From the human T2T-CHM13v2.0 reference genome, Homo sapiens: 64,000 bases of DNA. The stretch is from the NCBI RefSeq assembly GCF_009914755.1, contig NC_060929.1, one strand, 5' to 3'. The notes below the pieces were generated by a model. That model was not told the origin of the DNA. It ran no database searches and was given only the letters and a program-made list of their open reading frames with translations. Position 1 is the first letter of the stretch; each line of letters begins with the position of its first letter. This document shows, piece after piece, positions 42,351 through 56,384 of this stretch. The position numbers and the translations under genes are program-made.

Positions 42351-42951
42351 TGACACAATTTCAAAATATGTGGTTATGTAGGGTGGCAAATTCTCCCTTA
42401 ATGTTTTCTTTCTTGAGCCTGTGCCTGTTTTATTTGGCTGACTCTTTTTTTTTTCTTTTTCAAGCTTAATCTTACTTTTAATTGAGGAACTAGGGGATAG
42501 TTACTGTCACCATCCTTTTTTTTTTTTCAGTGAGTCTGGCATGTAGTGGTAGTGGGGGGTATTGAGAATTAGATAAAAGGTCTATGGCTCTTACGACTAG
42601 TGAATGGGACTAGTTCTAATTTACACACATATATTACTTATATGTATATGAATATATGTGTATATATAAGAAAAACATTCAATTTATTTTTAGAGACAGT
42701 GTCTCACTCTTGTCCTGGCTGGAGTGCTGTGGTGTGATCATAGCTCACTGCAGCCCTGAACTCCTGGGTTCAAATGATCCTCCCACCTCAGCCTTGCAAG
42801 TAGCCGAGATTACAGGCATGTGCCACCATGTCCAGCTAATTTGTTAAGAAACATTTTGTAGAAAAAGGGTCTCACTTTGTTGCCTAGGTGGGTCTTCAAC
42901 TCCTTACCTCAAGTGATCCTCTTGCCTTAGCCTCCCAAAGTGCTAGGATTA

Positions 42952-43301
<350 letters not shown>

Positions 43302-43436
43302 TCAAAAAAAAAAAAAAGTTTAAACAGAACTTAGTTATACCAAAAATGTTTATCTCTTTTATACAGTGCAGTTAATTGTTAGTTATTGTATTAAGAGACA
43401 TTAGAGCATAGAAGATAATATATACTGATATACTGA

Positions 43437-43691
<255 letters not shown>

Positions 43692-43694
43692 TGA

Positions 43695-44050
<356 letters not shown>

Positions 44051-46761
44051 TGAGCCACTGTGCCCAGCTGGTTATTTTTTATTGTTGTTGTTTTCTTCGT
44101 TTTTTTTTGTTTGTTTTTGAGGCAGGGTCTCACTTTGTCACCCAGATTGGAGTGCAGTGGTGTGATCTCGGCTCACTGCAGCCTCCCTTCCTGGGCTCAA
44201 GGCATCCTGGCATCCTCCCGCCATAGCTCCCCAAGTAGCTGGAAGTATAGGCGCACCCCACCATGCCTGGTTAATTTTTTTTGTACTTTTTATAGAGACC
44301 GTGTTTCGCCATGTTGCACAGGCTGGTCTCCTGACCCCAGGTGATCATCTGCCTCTGCCTCCCAAAGCACTGACATTACAGGCATGAGCCATCGCGCCTG
44401 GTCTGAGCATACCTTTTAAATGAGTTCAAGTGACTTCAGATAATGGCGACACAAAAAATTTCAATATAAAGTCCTTTTAAACAATTTTAATCTATACAGA
44501 CATTAATGTTAACAGGTAGTTTTAAGGAGATGCAAAGAAAAGCTATAAAATTACTCAAAATGTCGTTTTGTTGTAAGCAAGATATCGGTTTAAAGTATAA
44601 TAGTTTTTTGGTCTTATTTGAAATTTGGATATGGCACCCTTTGAGTTTTTGTTTTCTTACAAAAAGACACAGTACAAAACGGATCTACAAATTATAGCCA
44701 AGGCTATAGATTTCATTTTTGGGGAGTTGAAATATTTGCTACAATAAGAAATTTTACTGTAGTTTAAAATTTAATTTTAGGTGTTTTGTAGAATTCTTAC
44801 CTCTTCTGCGTCTAAATCCTTCTGTTCGTATTCTTTCACTTTCTTCTGACAAAATATTTTAATGATGTATGTGTTGGGAAAGCTTAGGGTGTTGTATATT
44901 ACACAGTAAGTACAATAAAATTTAGGATGATAGATATTTTTTCAATTCTGGATATGTATTTCAGTCTTTTATTTTCCAAAAGGACTTACTAAGAAAAATA
45001 CGAATTCATTTTATGGTTTACTGAAGTTATAAGTAAAGCATGCAAGTTTGTTGAAATAAAGCTTTTTTCCCACTTTTTAAATATTATTTCCCTTCTATCA
45101 GAGTGAATGTTTGCTTCTCTGCTATAATACTACTTCATGGGAAAATGTCACTTTCAAACTCTTTTTATGATACAGTGGTTTGTGTTGTAACACTATGAAT
45201 TGAGAGAATGATCACTAAAGTATTTTGGCTGTAATAAAACATTAGTATTCAACAGTTTGATTTTACTCTTTGAAATATTGCATATATACTTGAGAATATG
45301 CTAAAGTAGCTTAATGAGTAGTCATTGTACCTGTTGTGAAGTATACACACAAGATGAGGAAGGGCCAAGGCATCCCTGACTGATTTAGTTTGTAAAGATA
45401 CAGTGAACCACTTTTAGATTCAGGCAGTTCATTATTTAATTTGGATAGAGAAAGGAAGCACCTACAGGTGCCAGCTTCCTGTGGGCCTTGTCTCATACAC
45501 CAGAAAGAATGGCACAGAAACAATAGGAGATAGATGACTCTAATGTGACTTGTGGGATGCCTAATTGCTGAGAAGCCAATTCTAGACCATATAGCTCAGT
45601 AGTTTTATATTCTGCGGTGTGTTTTAAGGGGAGTAGGGCAGAAAACCTTATACCTCTTCAGAACCTGAGAGGTGATGAGAAACTGTCTCATGATAGCCTA
45701 ATGGTGCAGATAAAGAGACGAGTAGGAGATGGTCTTGTAAGTTTCTTACAAGCCTTCTATCCTCTTGTGTTCTGGGAGGATCACAGGATGTTTTGCCAAG
45801 ACTCAGATTAACTGAGGTTCAAGCCTTTGCTAAGCTTGTGTGTTCTGTGTGGATACATGCAAAGTTGCCCTGGGGGATATGGTGAAGCCGTTTTAATGGC
45901 ACATTAAAAATACTTAAACTAACAAATGGAAATTTGATTTTTTCATAGAAACATGATTTTAACAGGATTGCAGCTCTGGTTTCTGATGCCTGTTCTATAA
46001 ATAGCATTTAATTAGTCAACATGAGATGCTTATATCTTGAGTAAGAAAAAGCATTCCGAAGTATGCTGATGATAACTAGTCATAAATACTTTTATCTAAT
46101 TTTAATTTAAAGTAAATAGCCATGTAGACTCAGCTGGATTGCTCCGAGAACTCCTGGAAAAAATTGAAGATGTCACTGGAAGATGTTCTGCCTCAAAGTG
46201 TGAGGCAGAGATTAACTACATTCTTAATGTGAGGGTCAGGTTTTTAAATATCAGCACACTTTAGTAAAGCAACTGAGAAACCATGTGGTTTGTATGTTCC
46301 TGGCATTAAATGTGCAAAAGCCATATGCGTAGAACTGGCAGAACACGGAAGGCTTTCTCCTTTGTATATCTTCATATATTGATTTATCTGACATACTCAG
46401 TGACAGTCCATAAATCATTGTTTTAAACTGAGATTGCAACCTATTAGTGGAGATAAAAAGAATAAAAATAGAATATATAAGACTGCAATGCAGGCATTTG
46501 ATGAGGTATTAATATTGTTTTAAGAAACTAGTATTTTAGGGGTGTGTCTGTGTGTGTTTAGCAGCCAGTGTAAGCTGTATGTGTTACTGTGCATTGTGGC
46601 TAAAAAAGTATGAAACATTGCCACAAATATTCTTTGACTATTTCAGATCTCTCAGAAAATGTGTGCTTAGTTGTAAAACTAAAATATATTACTTTGTAGT
46701 TCTAATGTATTACTGAAATGTATAATACACTATGAATAAATTTGTTGCCTTTTCTTTGCAG

Positions 46762-46894
46762 TTAGCTTCTGGAATTTATAATTTTGCCTGCTCTCTGTGG
46801 AATCACCACACAGACACATTCCTGCAAGAAGTTTCTTCTGGCAATGAAGCTGCAATTTTGAGTTCACTAGAACGAACACTGCTATCATTGAAAG
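46762..46894 (+). CDS. IPO11: Importin-11 exon 6 (133 nt)
   Basis: tctttgcag|TTAGCT...TTGAAAG|gtacta; LASGIYNFACSLWNHHTDTFLQEVSSGNEAAILSSLERTLLSLK. Confidence 0.96.
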
Positions 46895-48951
46895 GTACTA
46901 TTAAGCTTGATATGTTCATTTTTGAAATGAGATACCTCAGAACAGTCACCAAATAGTTCCTTTAGACGGGTTTTCTGTTCCCAGTTTCACTGGAAAAATA
47001 AGAGGTTTATTTCTCCCTGAAAGATAAGGGCTTATTTATAGTTTTGTGGCAGTAGCTCTTCCTCTACCCCTTCTGATTTTTGAAAGCACATATAATAAGT
47101 TGAAGTGGATAGTTAGATTCACATTATTGCGGCCTCATGGCTCTGAATATATTTTTTTCAAATGCTTCTAGTTTTTGTTTCTACTTTATTTTTCTCATTC
47201 TGGACCCCTACACTTATCCTTGTCATGCCAACTTTCCTAAAATTTTTTCTCCAGGCTGGAATGAGCACTGTCTTTCATCCCTCCTTTCCCTGGAAAGGCA
47301 AGCCTCCATCTTTCATCTTAGTGCCTCAGGCTCACTTGGATTTCAGAAGGTGCTTTATAGGATGCCATCTTGGCCTGTGTCTTGGTATATGTTGCTTGCA
47401 GGCATTCCCTTAGCATAAATCTCCATCTCACTTTCCTTGAGCTGTTTATCTTGATGAATGTATTCCTAGGTTCCTTTTCTTCTAAAATATACTCATTTGT
47501 CTTATTCTCTTACTTTTCTAGTCCCTCTCTTCTTTCTGTTCTGGTTGCTAAGACTTTTTTAGTTCTTTTTGTTTGTTTGTTTTTTGTTTTTTTGGACAGA
47601 CAGGGTCTTGCTCTGTCTCCCAGGTTGAAGTGCAGTGGCATAATCATAGCTCACTACAACCTTGAACTCCTGGGCTCAAGTGATCCTCTCACTGCAGCTT
47701 CCTGAGTAACTGGGACTACAGGCACATGCCACTGCACCAGGCTGATTTTTACATCTTTCTGGTCTTGAACTCCTAGCTTTAAGTGATCCTCCTGCCTTGA
47801 CCTCCCAAAGTGATAGGATTACAGGGATGAGCACTGTGCCTGGCCTAGTTTGTTTTTCTTAGTTTGATCTCAGGCAGCATCAGTTTCTCTCTTACTCTCA
47901 GTTTGCATTCTTTTTAGTTTTACCTATAAGTTCTTTTATCGTACTCATTCTGGTACCTTGGAATCCCATCAGTCTTGGCATCGCCTTAATACATCACTTA
48001 CTTTCACCAGACAATGGATGCACAAATCCCAAACTGTCAGCACATTTTGTGAAACCTGTGAAGAAATGTTTGAATGATTTTAAAGGACTGTTGAAAAATA
48101 AAATCCATTGTAGAAGTAGTTATAAAAGTGAGTGGAGATGGTTTTGTTAACATTCTTGAGGAAGAAATTACAGACATTGGAGAGAAATGTTTGCTCAGAA
48201 AGAATTACAGAAACTGATATAAGGCTGTGTATACAAAGCTGTGTGTATAGTAGTATATTTAATGATTAAGAAATTTTCAAGATTTCTTTTGATTATAGGG
48301 TTTTCTTACCTTATTGATTTCAAAGCCTAACTCCTGACGAAAAAGATGTAGCTTTACTATATCTTTGCCTGCCTTAAGCTTTTTAATACCTCACCATCTG
48401 AAGGTCTTAGATTCACATTAACTTTTTAGAGATATCCTGCCCTGGAAAATTTTGTTCTGTAACTATACATTTCTGTTCTGAAATGAAGAAATACTCCAAA
48501 CTACAATTTTTGTTTTGTGTAATCTCTATCTGAATTTACACTTACGTGCATTTAGTATCTTTTAGACATGGATGCATTCATTATTTCATTCGACAAATCT
48601 ATAGATCCTTGGCACTGGGGAGACAGACTTAATAAAATGATCCCACAAATATATTTAAAGTGACACCTGTGACAGAGGCTTTATGATATTATGATAACTG
48701 ATAATATGATCAGAAAAATTTCCCTGAGAAAGTGATCTTTGAGCTGTAATCTTAAAGGATAAGTGGAAGTTAACTAGGTGATGAAGGGAGAAGGAAAGGA
48801 TCCTCTCAGGTATTGTGGCTCAAGGTCTTGTGGTGAGAAAGCATATCCAGAATAAGGGATTCAATTTGAATTCTGTTTTCTCCTTACGAAAACGAGGAAA
48901 ACTTACTGCATCGTTATGATGCAGCAACTTCTGAGTTGCATATGATGATTT

Positions 48952-49086
48952 CAAACTGAAGGTCTTATAGACAGCTACATTCTAAACTTAATTTTAATAC
49001 ATTGCTTTAGACTTACAAACCGAAGGTCTAGTAGACAGCTACATTCTAAACCTAAATTTAATCCATTGCCTTTAGACCTCATAAAC
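48952..49086. repeat. Tandem duplication, about 64 bp x 2
   Basis: caaac(t/c)gaaggtct..tagacagctacattctaaac..ttaat..cattgc.tttagac occurs at 48952 and 49016. Confidence 0.92.
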
Positions 49087-49880
49087 ACTATTTAAGGTAT
49101 AATTCTTTAGTACTGTAATAGCAATCCTTATTTAATGAACTTTTAATTTTGTCTCTTACACTGTCACCATCCTTATTGTTGCTAAATAATTGCTATATTT
49201 TACATATACCATGGAATCCATCAATAACCCTATAAAGTAGGATTTGTTAACCGCATTTTACAGATGAGGAAACTGAGATGAGAAATGTTGCCCAAAGTAG
49301 TATTACAACTGTAGACAATAGATCAAGGATTTAAATCTAGCTCTGCCTTCAAATCTGTTATCCTGCTTATCTCTCTGTGTACACTAGTTTGTCAGTGTTA
49401 CTCATGAAATGTCACAGTTGAGCAGTGTAGTTGATTCCAAATTTGGAAATAGGGTTTAATTTTTATATCGTTTTTAGGAGATAATTGTATTTCCATTAAT
49501 ATAGCCGAAAACTGAATGAAGGTTTTTGGTTACCGTTGAGTCATAGCTTAAAGTTTGTGAAATAGAAATGACTTTCTCAATTTCAGTTACTGCAGGTAAG
49601 AAGTACTAACAATTATATAAATTACACTAAATTTTGGAATCCAGTTTTAGAAACATGAGTAGTAACAATAAGTCAGAAGAACACTGCATTTGTGAGTTAG
49701 AAGAACTAGACTTTAGTTCCATTTTTCCCACTAATTTCCCAGCCAAATGACCAGGAGTTAACTTTCCAACCCAGATTAACCTCCAAGCTTGATTAAGTTT
49801 TGCAATTCTGAATCTTTCTTGTGATTGTAATTTTAGTAGGATAAAATAAGATTCAAGTAAAGCTTGCTTTTGCTTTTCAG

Positions 49881-49939
49881 TGCTGCGTAAGTTAACTGTT
49901 AATGGATTTGTGGAACCTCATAAGAATATGGAGGTGATG
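49881..49939 (+). CDS. IPO11: Importin-11 exon 7 (59 nt)
   Basis: gcttttcag|TGCTGC...GTGATG|gtaagt; (V)LRKLTVNGFVEPHKNMEVM; phase 1 to 0 is consistent. Confidence 0.94.
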
Positions 49940-50377
49940 GTAAGTGATCGAAGAAATTTGCTGTGACTTTGGGAAAGTGGTATTTTCCTGAATGTTTGAA
50001 AGAGTGCTCTTTTTATTTGGCATTCAATTAGAAGAGTTTTTATTAAGTGACCATCTAGTTTTTTACCATTCTGACTTTTAGACTTCTGGTCTGTTTTCAC
50101 TACATCAAAGTGGCTGTTGTGTGAAGGAGAGGAAATAGGCCTAGGATATTTCTCAAGGATGCCATGGTACATTGAGAGTGTTAATTTGAATTTAAATTAA
50201 AATGAACTCCTGTGAATTTGAATGCTATTATAACATTACCAGGTACATTGTAAATAGTTTTTTATATACTTAATATTTTCCTTTGTTTTTATGTATTTAA
50301 AATAAATTTGTTTTTTTCTGTCTGATCATTACATTAATACATGCTGTTCACAATCAATTAAAAAAATAAATATATAA

Positions 50378-50677
<300 letters not shown>

Positions 50678-52155
50678 TGAACTCCTGGCCTCAAGTGATC
50701 TGCCCTTTTTGGCTTCCGAAAGTGCTGGGATTACAGGCTTGGCCGTGCTTGGCCTAGTTGCATTTCTTTTTTTTTTTTTTAAAATAAATGAAATGGCATT
50801 TTATTATACTTAGATTTGTGTTAGAATTCACAGTAAGTTTAGCTCAGGTAAAACATTGCTTTTTGTAAGTCGCTTTGGGGGTTGCTCAGGAGTTGAGGAA
50901 AAAACAAATCTAATTGGGTCTTTGGGTCTCCCCTACTAGATTTGACCAGAGCCATTAAAAAAAATAGTATTTTTTGTATATTGAGGTTTGATTGAAGTAA
51001 TTGTTCTATTGTTAAATGAGTTTAAAACCCATAATATACATCATCATAATGTGATGGTTATTTCATTTTATGAAAATTGACATGCTTTTTTTTAAGTTAA
51101 AAATTTCAGGAAAAGAAACTAAAAAATCATTCATAATCTTACTCTTCAGAGATACTGCTAAAGTTTATAAATATCCTTGAAGACATTTTATGCATATTAT
51201 TCTGGATAGACCTTCTCACTCAATTTGATACAAATGGGATCATATTTACATGTCGTTTCCTTACTTTTTAAAAACAAACTCAGCATATTACATATATTTT
51301 TCCATTGTCAGTTATATTGTTACATGTTATTTTTAAAATGATTGTATGGTACATTCATATGATTAGTGTCAGTAGACTAATTTTTTAAAAAAGAGATATT
51401 AATATAGGATTCTTATAATGTACTTACACAATTGTCTGTTGACGGACATACAGGTTCTCAGTTTTTCATTTTTGATAAAAGATATGGACTGATCATTTGG
51501 GTAACTGTTATGTGGTTTTCTAATCTCTTTAGGATAAATTCCTAGAATTGAAAATGTTGGGTTAAGCATATGCCCCTCCACAGTATTGATACATATTACC
51601 AAATTGCTGAAAGATAATGTCAAGCCTCGATTTAAATCCAGATACATTTCGATTGCCATGCTGCCAAAAAAGATTTTCGAGAAACCAACTTGACAACTCC
51701 TTTTCAATTCCCTAACTAGAATGTATAAATTCCATGAAGGGAGGGGCTTTGTTTTATTCGCTGTGACTCGGAGCTTGGAACAGTCTTTTCTGTATAGTAA
51801 ATGCTCAATAGTTGTTTGTTTAATGAATAAATCCTTTATGGTAGAAGCAATATGTCAAAGTCTCAGGAATTATATGCAATATTACTCTCATTATATTAAC
51901 CAGAATATTATGTTTATCTTTTTTTAAGTGAAAATGAATTGATTTGATTTATATTCCTATAAGGTGAAATAGTAGTTTGCACTGGCTGTCATCGATATTT
52001 TGTGAGCTTTGGCTTTCCCTTGAGAGTTTTCTGGTTGCATAAATCACATGTCAACCTTTACTCAGTTATAAATGCCTTATTGTAGCAATTAAGTACATCA
52101 GTCAATTAGAGGATAAAATGTTAACAAATTAAAGACAACATTTCAAATAATATAA

Positions 52156-52496
<341 letters not shown>

Positions 52497-52589
52497 TAAA
52501 GAAAAGATATATGACAGTGGTGAGATTCTGGGCCCTGAAGGCAGGCACAGTGATAATGATGGCTTTTAAAATCGATGGCCTTTATAATT

Positions 52590-53490
52590 TTCTACTTTCT
52601 TTGGAGAATAGGACTATTGGACCCTTTTATAAAGTTAACAGACTTATGGGATCTTGGTGACCTAATTCTTTTATAATTGAAACCTTTTGCTGTTTCATTG
52701 TTCTGTTGTTACTTTTCATTATCAATTATTGTCAACTATGCTTTAAAAAGACAGAAATAGTATGAAAATGGAAGATGATGCAGTAGTGAAGTTGTCATCC
52801 TGAAGTTTTCTTCTTTTTTTAAATTGTGTTGCCAATTAATTTAACCCAATTAAATTGTGTTAATTGTATTTCATCACGTTTCCAGAAGGTATAAAGGAAG
52901 ACTGGAAACATTGATTTTACTCTGCTTTTAGCTTTTATTTAACAGTTGAGAATTCAGAATTTTACATTTTCTGCTTGAAATGACAGAGAGAAGGAAGGAA
53001 ATTGACAGAGGAAGAGGTTTACTAGTTTTTTGATGAGTCAGTGGATGGATATTGAGAGTCTGAGAGCAGTACTCTTGACTCTAATGTTAACAATGAAATT
53101 GTCTAAGGAAAATCTCAGACACTAAGTCTTCAGATAATGGTATCCTAGTTGAATTTTCTCAAACTCAAGAATTGATCAATGAACAATATATTTGATAGAG
53201 AGGAATTGTGGCATTCTAGAGTTAATTATTTTCCAGGAAAGCCATCATCATCCAGTATTTCATGACAAATGAGACTACCTCATTTGCTAATTGAGTGTGT
53301 GACATCTTTTATGATGTTTATACACCAACATTTATTGATACAAAGATGTCTTCTATGCTTAAATTCTTATTAAAATTTTTAAGTTTTTTTCACTATTTCT
53401 TTATATTTATTCCTGTTAATTATTCAAAACATATCTTAGAATATGTTTTCAAAAAAAGGGTCCATTAGACCTAGCTGGTATATGTTGATG
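52590..53490 (+). mobile_element. piggyBac-family fossil (Looper-like) with a decayed transposase N-terminus
   Basis: aaattgacagaggaagag...tcttcagat...gaattttctcaa...gaacaatatattt resembles recalled Looper; translates KLTEEEVY*FFDESVDG..., acidic like piggyBac N-termini; subterminal gggtccattagacc. Confidence 0.68.
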
Positions 53491-54046
53491 CCTATCTAAT
53501 ACTAGTATCTGAGGACCAATGTGTCATATACTTGAAGTTAAGAACTGTGGTGTAAATAATTGGTACCATGTGTTCATTTTTTGAATACTTATTATTGCCA
53601 AACGATGTTTCAGGATTCTGGATAAAGCAGTAAACAGAGCAAAGTTCTGGCTCTCAAGGAGCTTATATTCTAATGGGAGGAGCCACATAATAAATGGACA
53701 AGTGCAGTATTTCAAGGGATTTAAAGCCTGTGAAGAAAAATTAAAGCAGTAAGGAGAATAGAGAGTGTTTAGTGAAACAGGATGCTTAAAAAGTAATTTT
53801 TTATTCATTGCAAAGTGATTTATGTAACTAAATGAGATATTGAAGGGATGAAATACTATAGTTATTTTCCTGTGGACGACTTGTTTATAATAGTGAACTG
53901 TTTTTTGCTTAACTAATTTTAACTTATTTTTCTTCGGCTAATTTTTTTAAGTGATGTGATAGATTTGTTTTGGTATCCCTGAAAAAGATACAAGGTAAAT
54001 GTTTATAACAATAAATTGAGATATTTAAAATAATATTCTTTTCTAG

Positions 54047-54095
54047 GGTTTTTTACATGGAATATTTGAACGTCTAAAACAGTTTCTGGAATGCA
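54047..54095 (+). CDS. IPO11: Importin-11 exon 8 (49 nt)
   Basis: cttttctag|GGTTTT...AATGCA|gtaagt; GFLHGIFERLKQFLEC(S). Confidence 0.94.
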
Positions 54096-54360
54096 GTAAG
54101 TACTTTCGTTGCAGTCCTTTTTACTGTAGAATTTTTATTCATTAGTAGCTTATTCATTCATTAATAGCTAGGATTAATGAGGGATTAATAGATGCTTATT
54201 CATTAATAGCTTCTGTTGCACACTTATAAATCTAGAGAAAGTGTCTTGTCCAATTGCTCCCTGAGTGAGCACTTGATAGCTGCAGAGATCCTATATGTAG
54301 CTAAAATGAGTATTTTGTATCAACTTTCTGAAGTTAGAAGCTTAGCTTTTGCCTCATATA

Positions 54361-54709
54361 CAGAAGTCCCTCCTTGGACTACGAACCAAGACCTACAGCG
54401 GATGCCTGAAACCACAGATAGTACCAAACCCTTTGTGTACTATGCTTTTTTGAGCTAGTATCCAAAATGGCTACTAAGTGATTAACAGGCAGGTAGTGTA
54501 TATAGCTGGTATTTGCTGGACAAAGGGAGGATTCTCGTCTGGGGCAGGACGGAGTGGGTCAGCTTGAGATTTATCTCCATACTCAGAATGGTGCACAATT
54601 GAAAACTTAAGAATTGTTTATTTCTGGAATTTTATATTTAATATTTTTGGATTGTGATTGACTGCAGGCACCTGATACTGAGGAAAGCAAAACTAAGAGG
54701 GGACTACTG
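54361..54709 (+). mobile_element. MER44A MITE (second copy)
   Basis: ta|cagaagtccctc...gagggggactactg|ta TIRs; ggatgcctgaaaccacagatagtacc. Confidence 0.85.
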
Positions 54710-56313
54710 TACTGGTAATGAGTGTAGAGGAATTTGCCTTGTTGCCAGGCTGGTCTCAAACTCCTGGGCTAAAGCGATCCGCCCACCTTTGTCTCCCAAA
54801 GTGTTGGAATTGCAGATATGAGCCACCTTGTCTGGCCAAAATAGATTTAAAAAAAAAGATTTCCCTGAGGCCAGGCGTGGTGACTCAACGCCTGTAACCC
54901 CAGCACTTTGGGAGGCCGAGGCGAGTGAGTCGCTTGAGCCCAGGAGTTGGAGACCAGCCTGGGCAACATGACGAAACCCTGTCTCTACAAAAAATATTAA
55001 AAAGTTAGCCAGGCATGATGGTGTGTGCCTGTAGTCCCAGTTACTCAGGACGGATTGATTGAGCCTGAGAGGTTGAGGCTGCAGTGAGCAGTGATCTCAT
55101 CACTACACTTCAACCTGGGTGACAGAACAAACCCCATCTCAAGAAAAAAAAATTCTATTTTGTGTTCATTCCTCTTTCTGTATTTCTACTGCAGCTACCC
55201 CTTTCCAGGCAGATGTCCACAACAGTCATATGTTTAACAAATATTGTCTATAGACTATATGCCAAATCCTGTTTAGACTTCTTGTAGACTCTTTTCGCTT
55301 TTAGTATTTGTTGCATATCACTGTGATATAACTTTCTGTAACTGGCAGTTTGATTTTGTAAATCCCTTGTTCATTAACCTCCACTGGCTTATCTTTAGCA
55401 TCCTTTGTTATTCACTACCCCATGTGAGAGACTATAGCATTTATATTTGTGTTGTATTTTACTGGTGGTCTGTTTGTTATCTTCTTCTTCCATGTGATTG
55501 TAAGCACCTTTATTTGGACATACACATGTGTGCACACACAAGTGTGTGTTTGTGTGTTTGGGGATTTGCTCTCCTGAGAAGATATCTTAGTCTACTCACT
55601 TTTAAGGAGCTACTGATTGTTTTATGTTAGTCAGTTTCAATTTAGTAAAACATTGTTGAGCCTGTGGGCAGACACTGTCCTGGGTACTATGCATGCAAAG
55701 ATGAATAAGAATGTTCATATTGTGTAGTTACTATGTTTTCTAAAAATAGTCATTTTTCTCTGGCCATCCTTGTGGGCGTAGCAGAAGGAAGAATAAAAGC
55801 CCTTCCAGGAGAGAATAAGACAAATTAACAAACAGAATATGAAGAGTATTATTAGAGAGCAGATTAGCTGATGAGCTGGTGGACATTGTTCTGAATGTAC
55901 AAAAAAAAATCGCCAGGGAAATTATCAGAATAAATTTGTCAGAAGATATAGGAAAAATGATAATGAGTGTGTTACTCCTTGACTACTTTATTTTACACAT
56001 GTATGTTGCTTGAAAAATACTTCAACTGTGACATTTAGTTTTTAAATGTTATCCATGATTCATTGCTAAAACGACTATTCTTTTACTATAAAAGTGAGTT
56101 CAGTTCATATATTAGGGTTAATTTTATATAATATGGCACAGAGGGCTACTGTGTCTGTTACTCAGTGTAAATCTTGGTATTGCTTTTTAAATAATGAATT
56201 CATAATGCAAAATATGCAAAAATAAAACCAGCAATATTATTTTTGTAAAAATTTTGATGTTGTCTTGGTTGTGAACTTATTAACTTCTAATATTTGAAAT
56301 GTATTTTTAACAG

Positions 56314-56384
56314 GTAGAAGTATAGGTACAGATAATGTGTGTAGAGATAGACTGGAAAAGACCATCATTCTTTTTACTAAAGTG
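56314..56384 (+). CDS. IPO11: Importin-11 exon 9 (71 nt)
   Basis: ttttaacag|GTAGAA...AAAGTG|gtaagt; (S)RSIGTDNVCRDRLEKTIILFTKV. Confidence 0.94.

Noticed and set aside
48952-49086. CRISPR-like or regularly spaced array (also 29301-29495)
   Set aside because: Only two adjacent copies, no spacers, eukaryotic context
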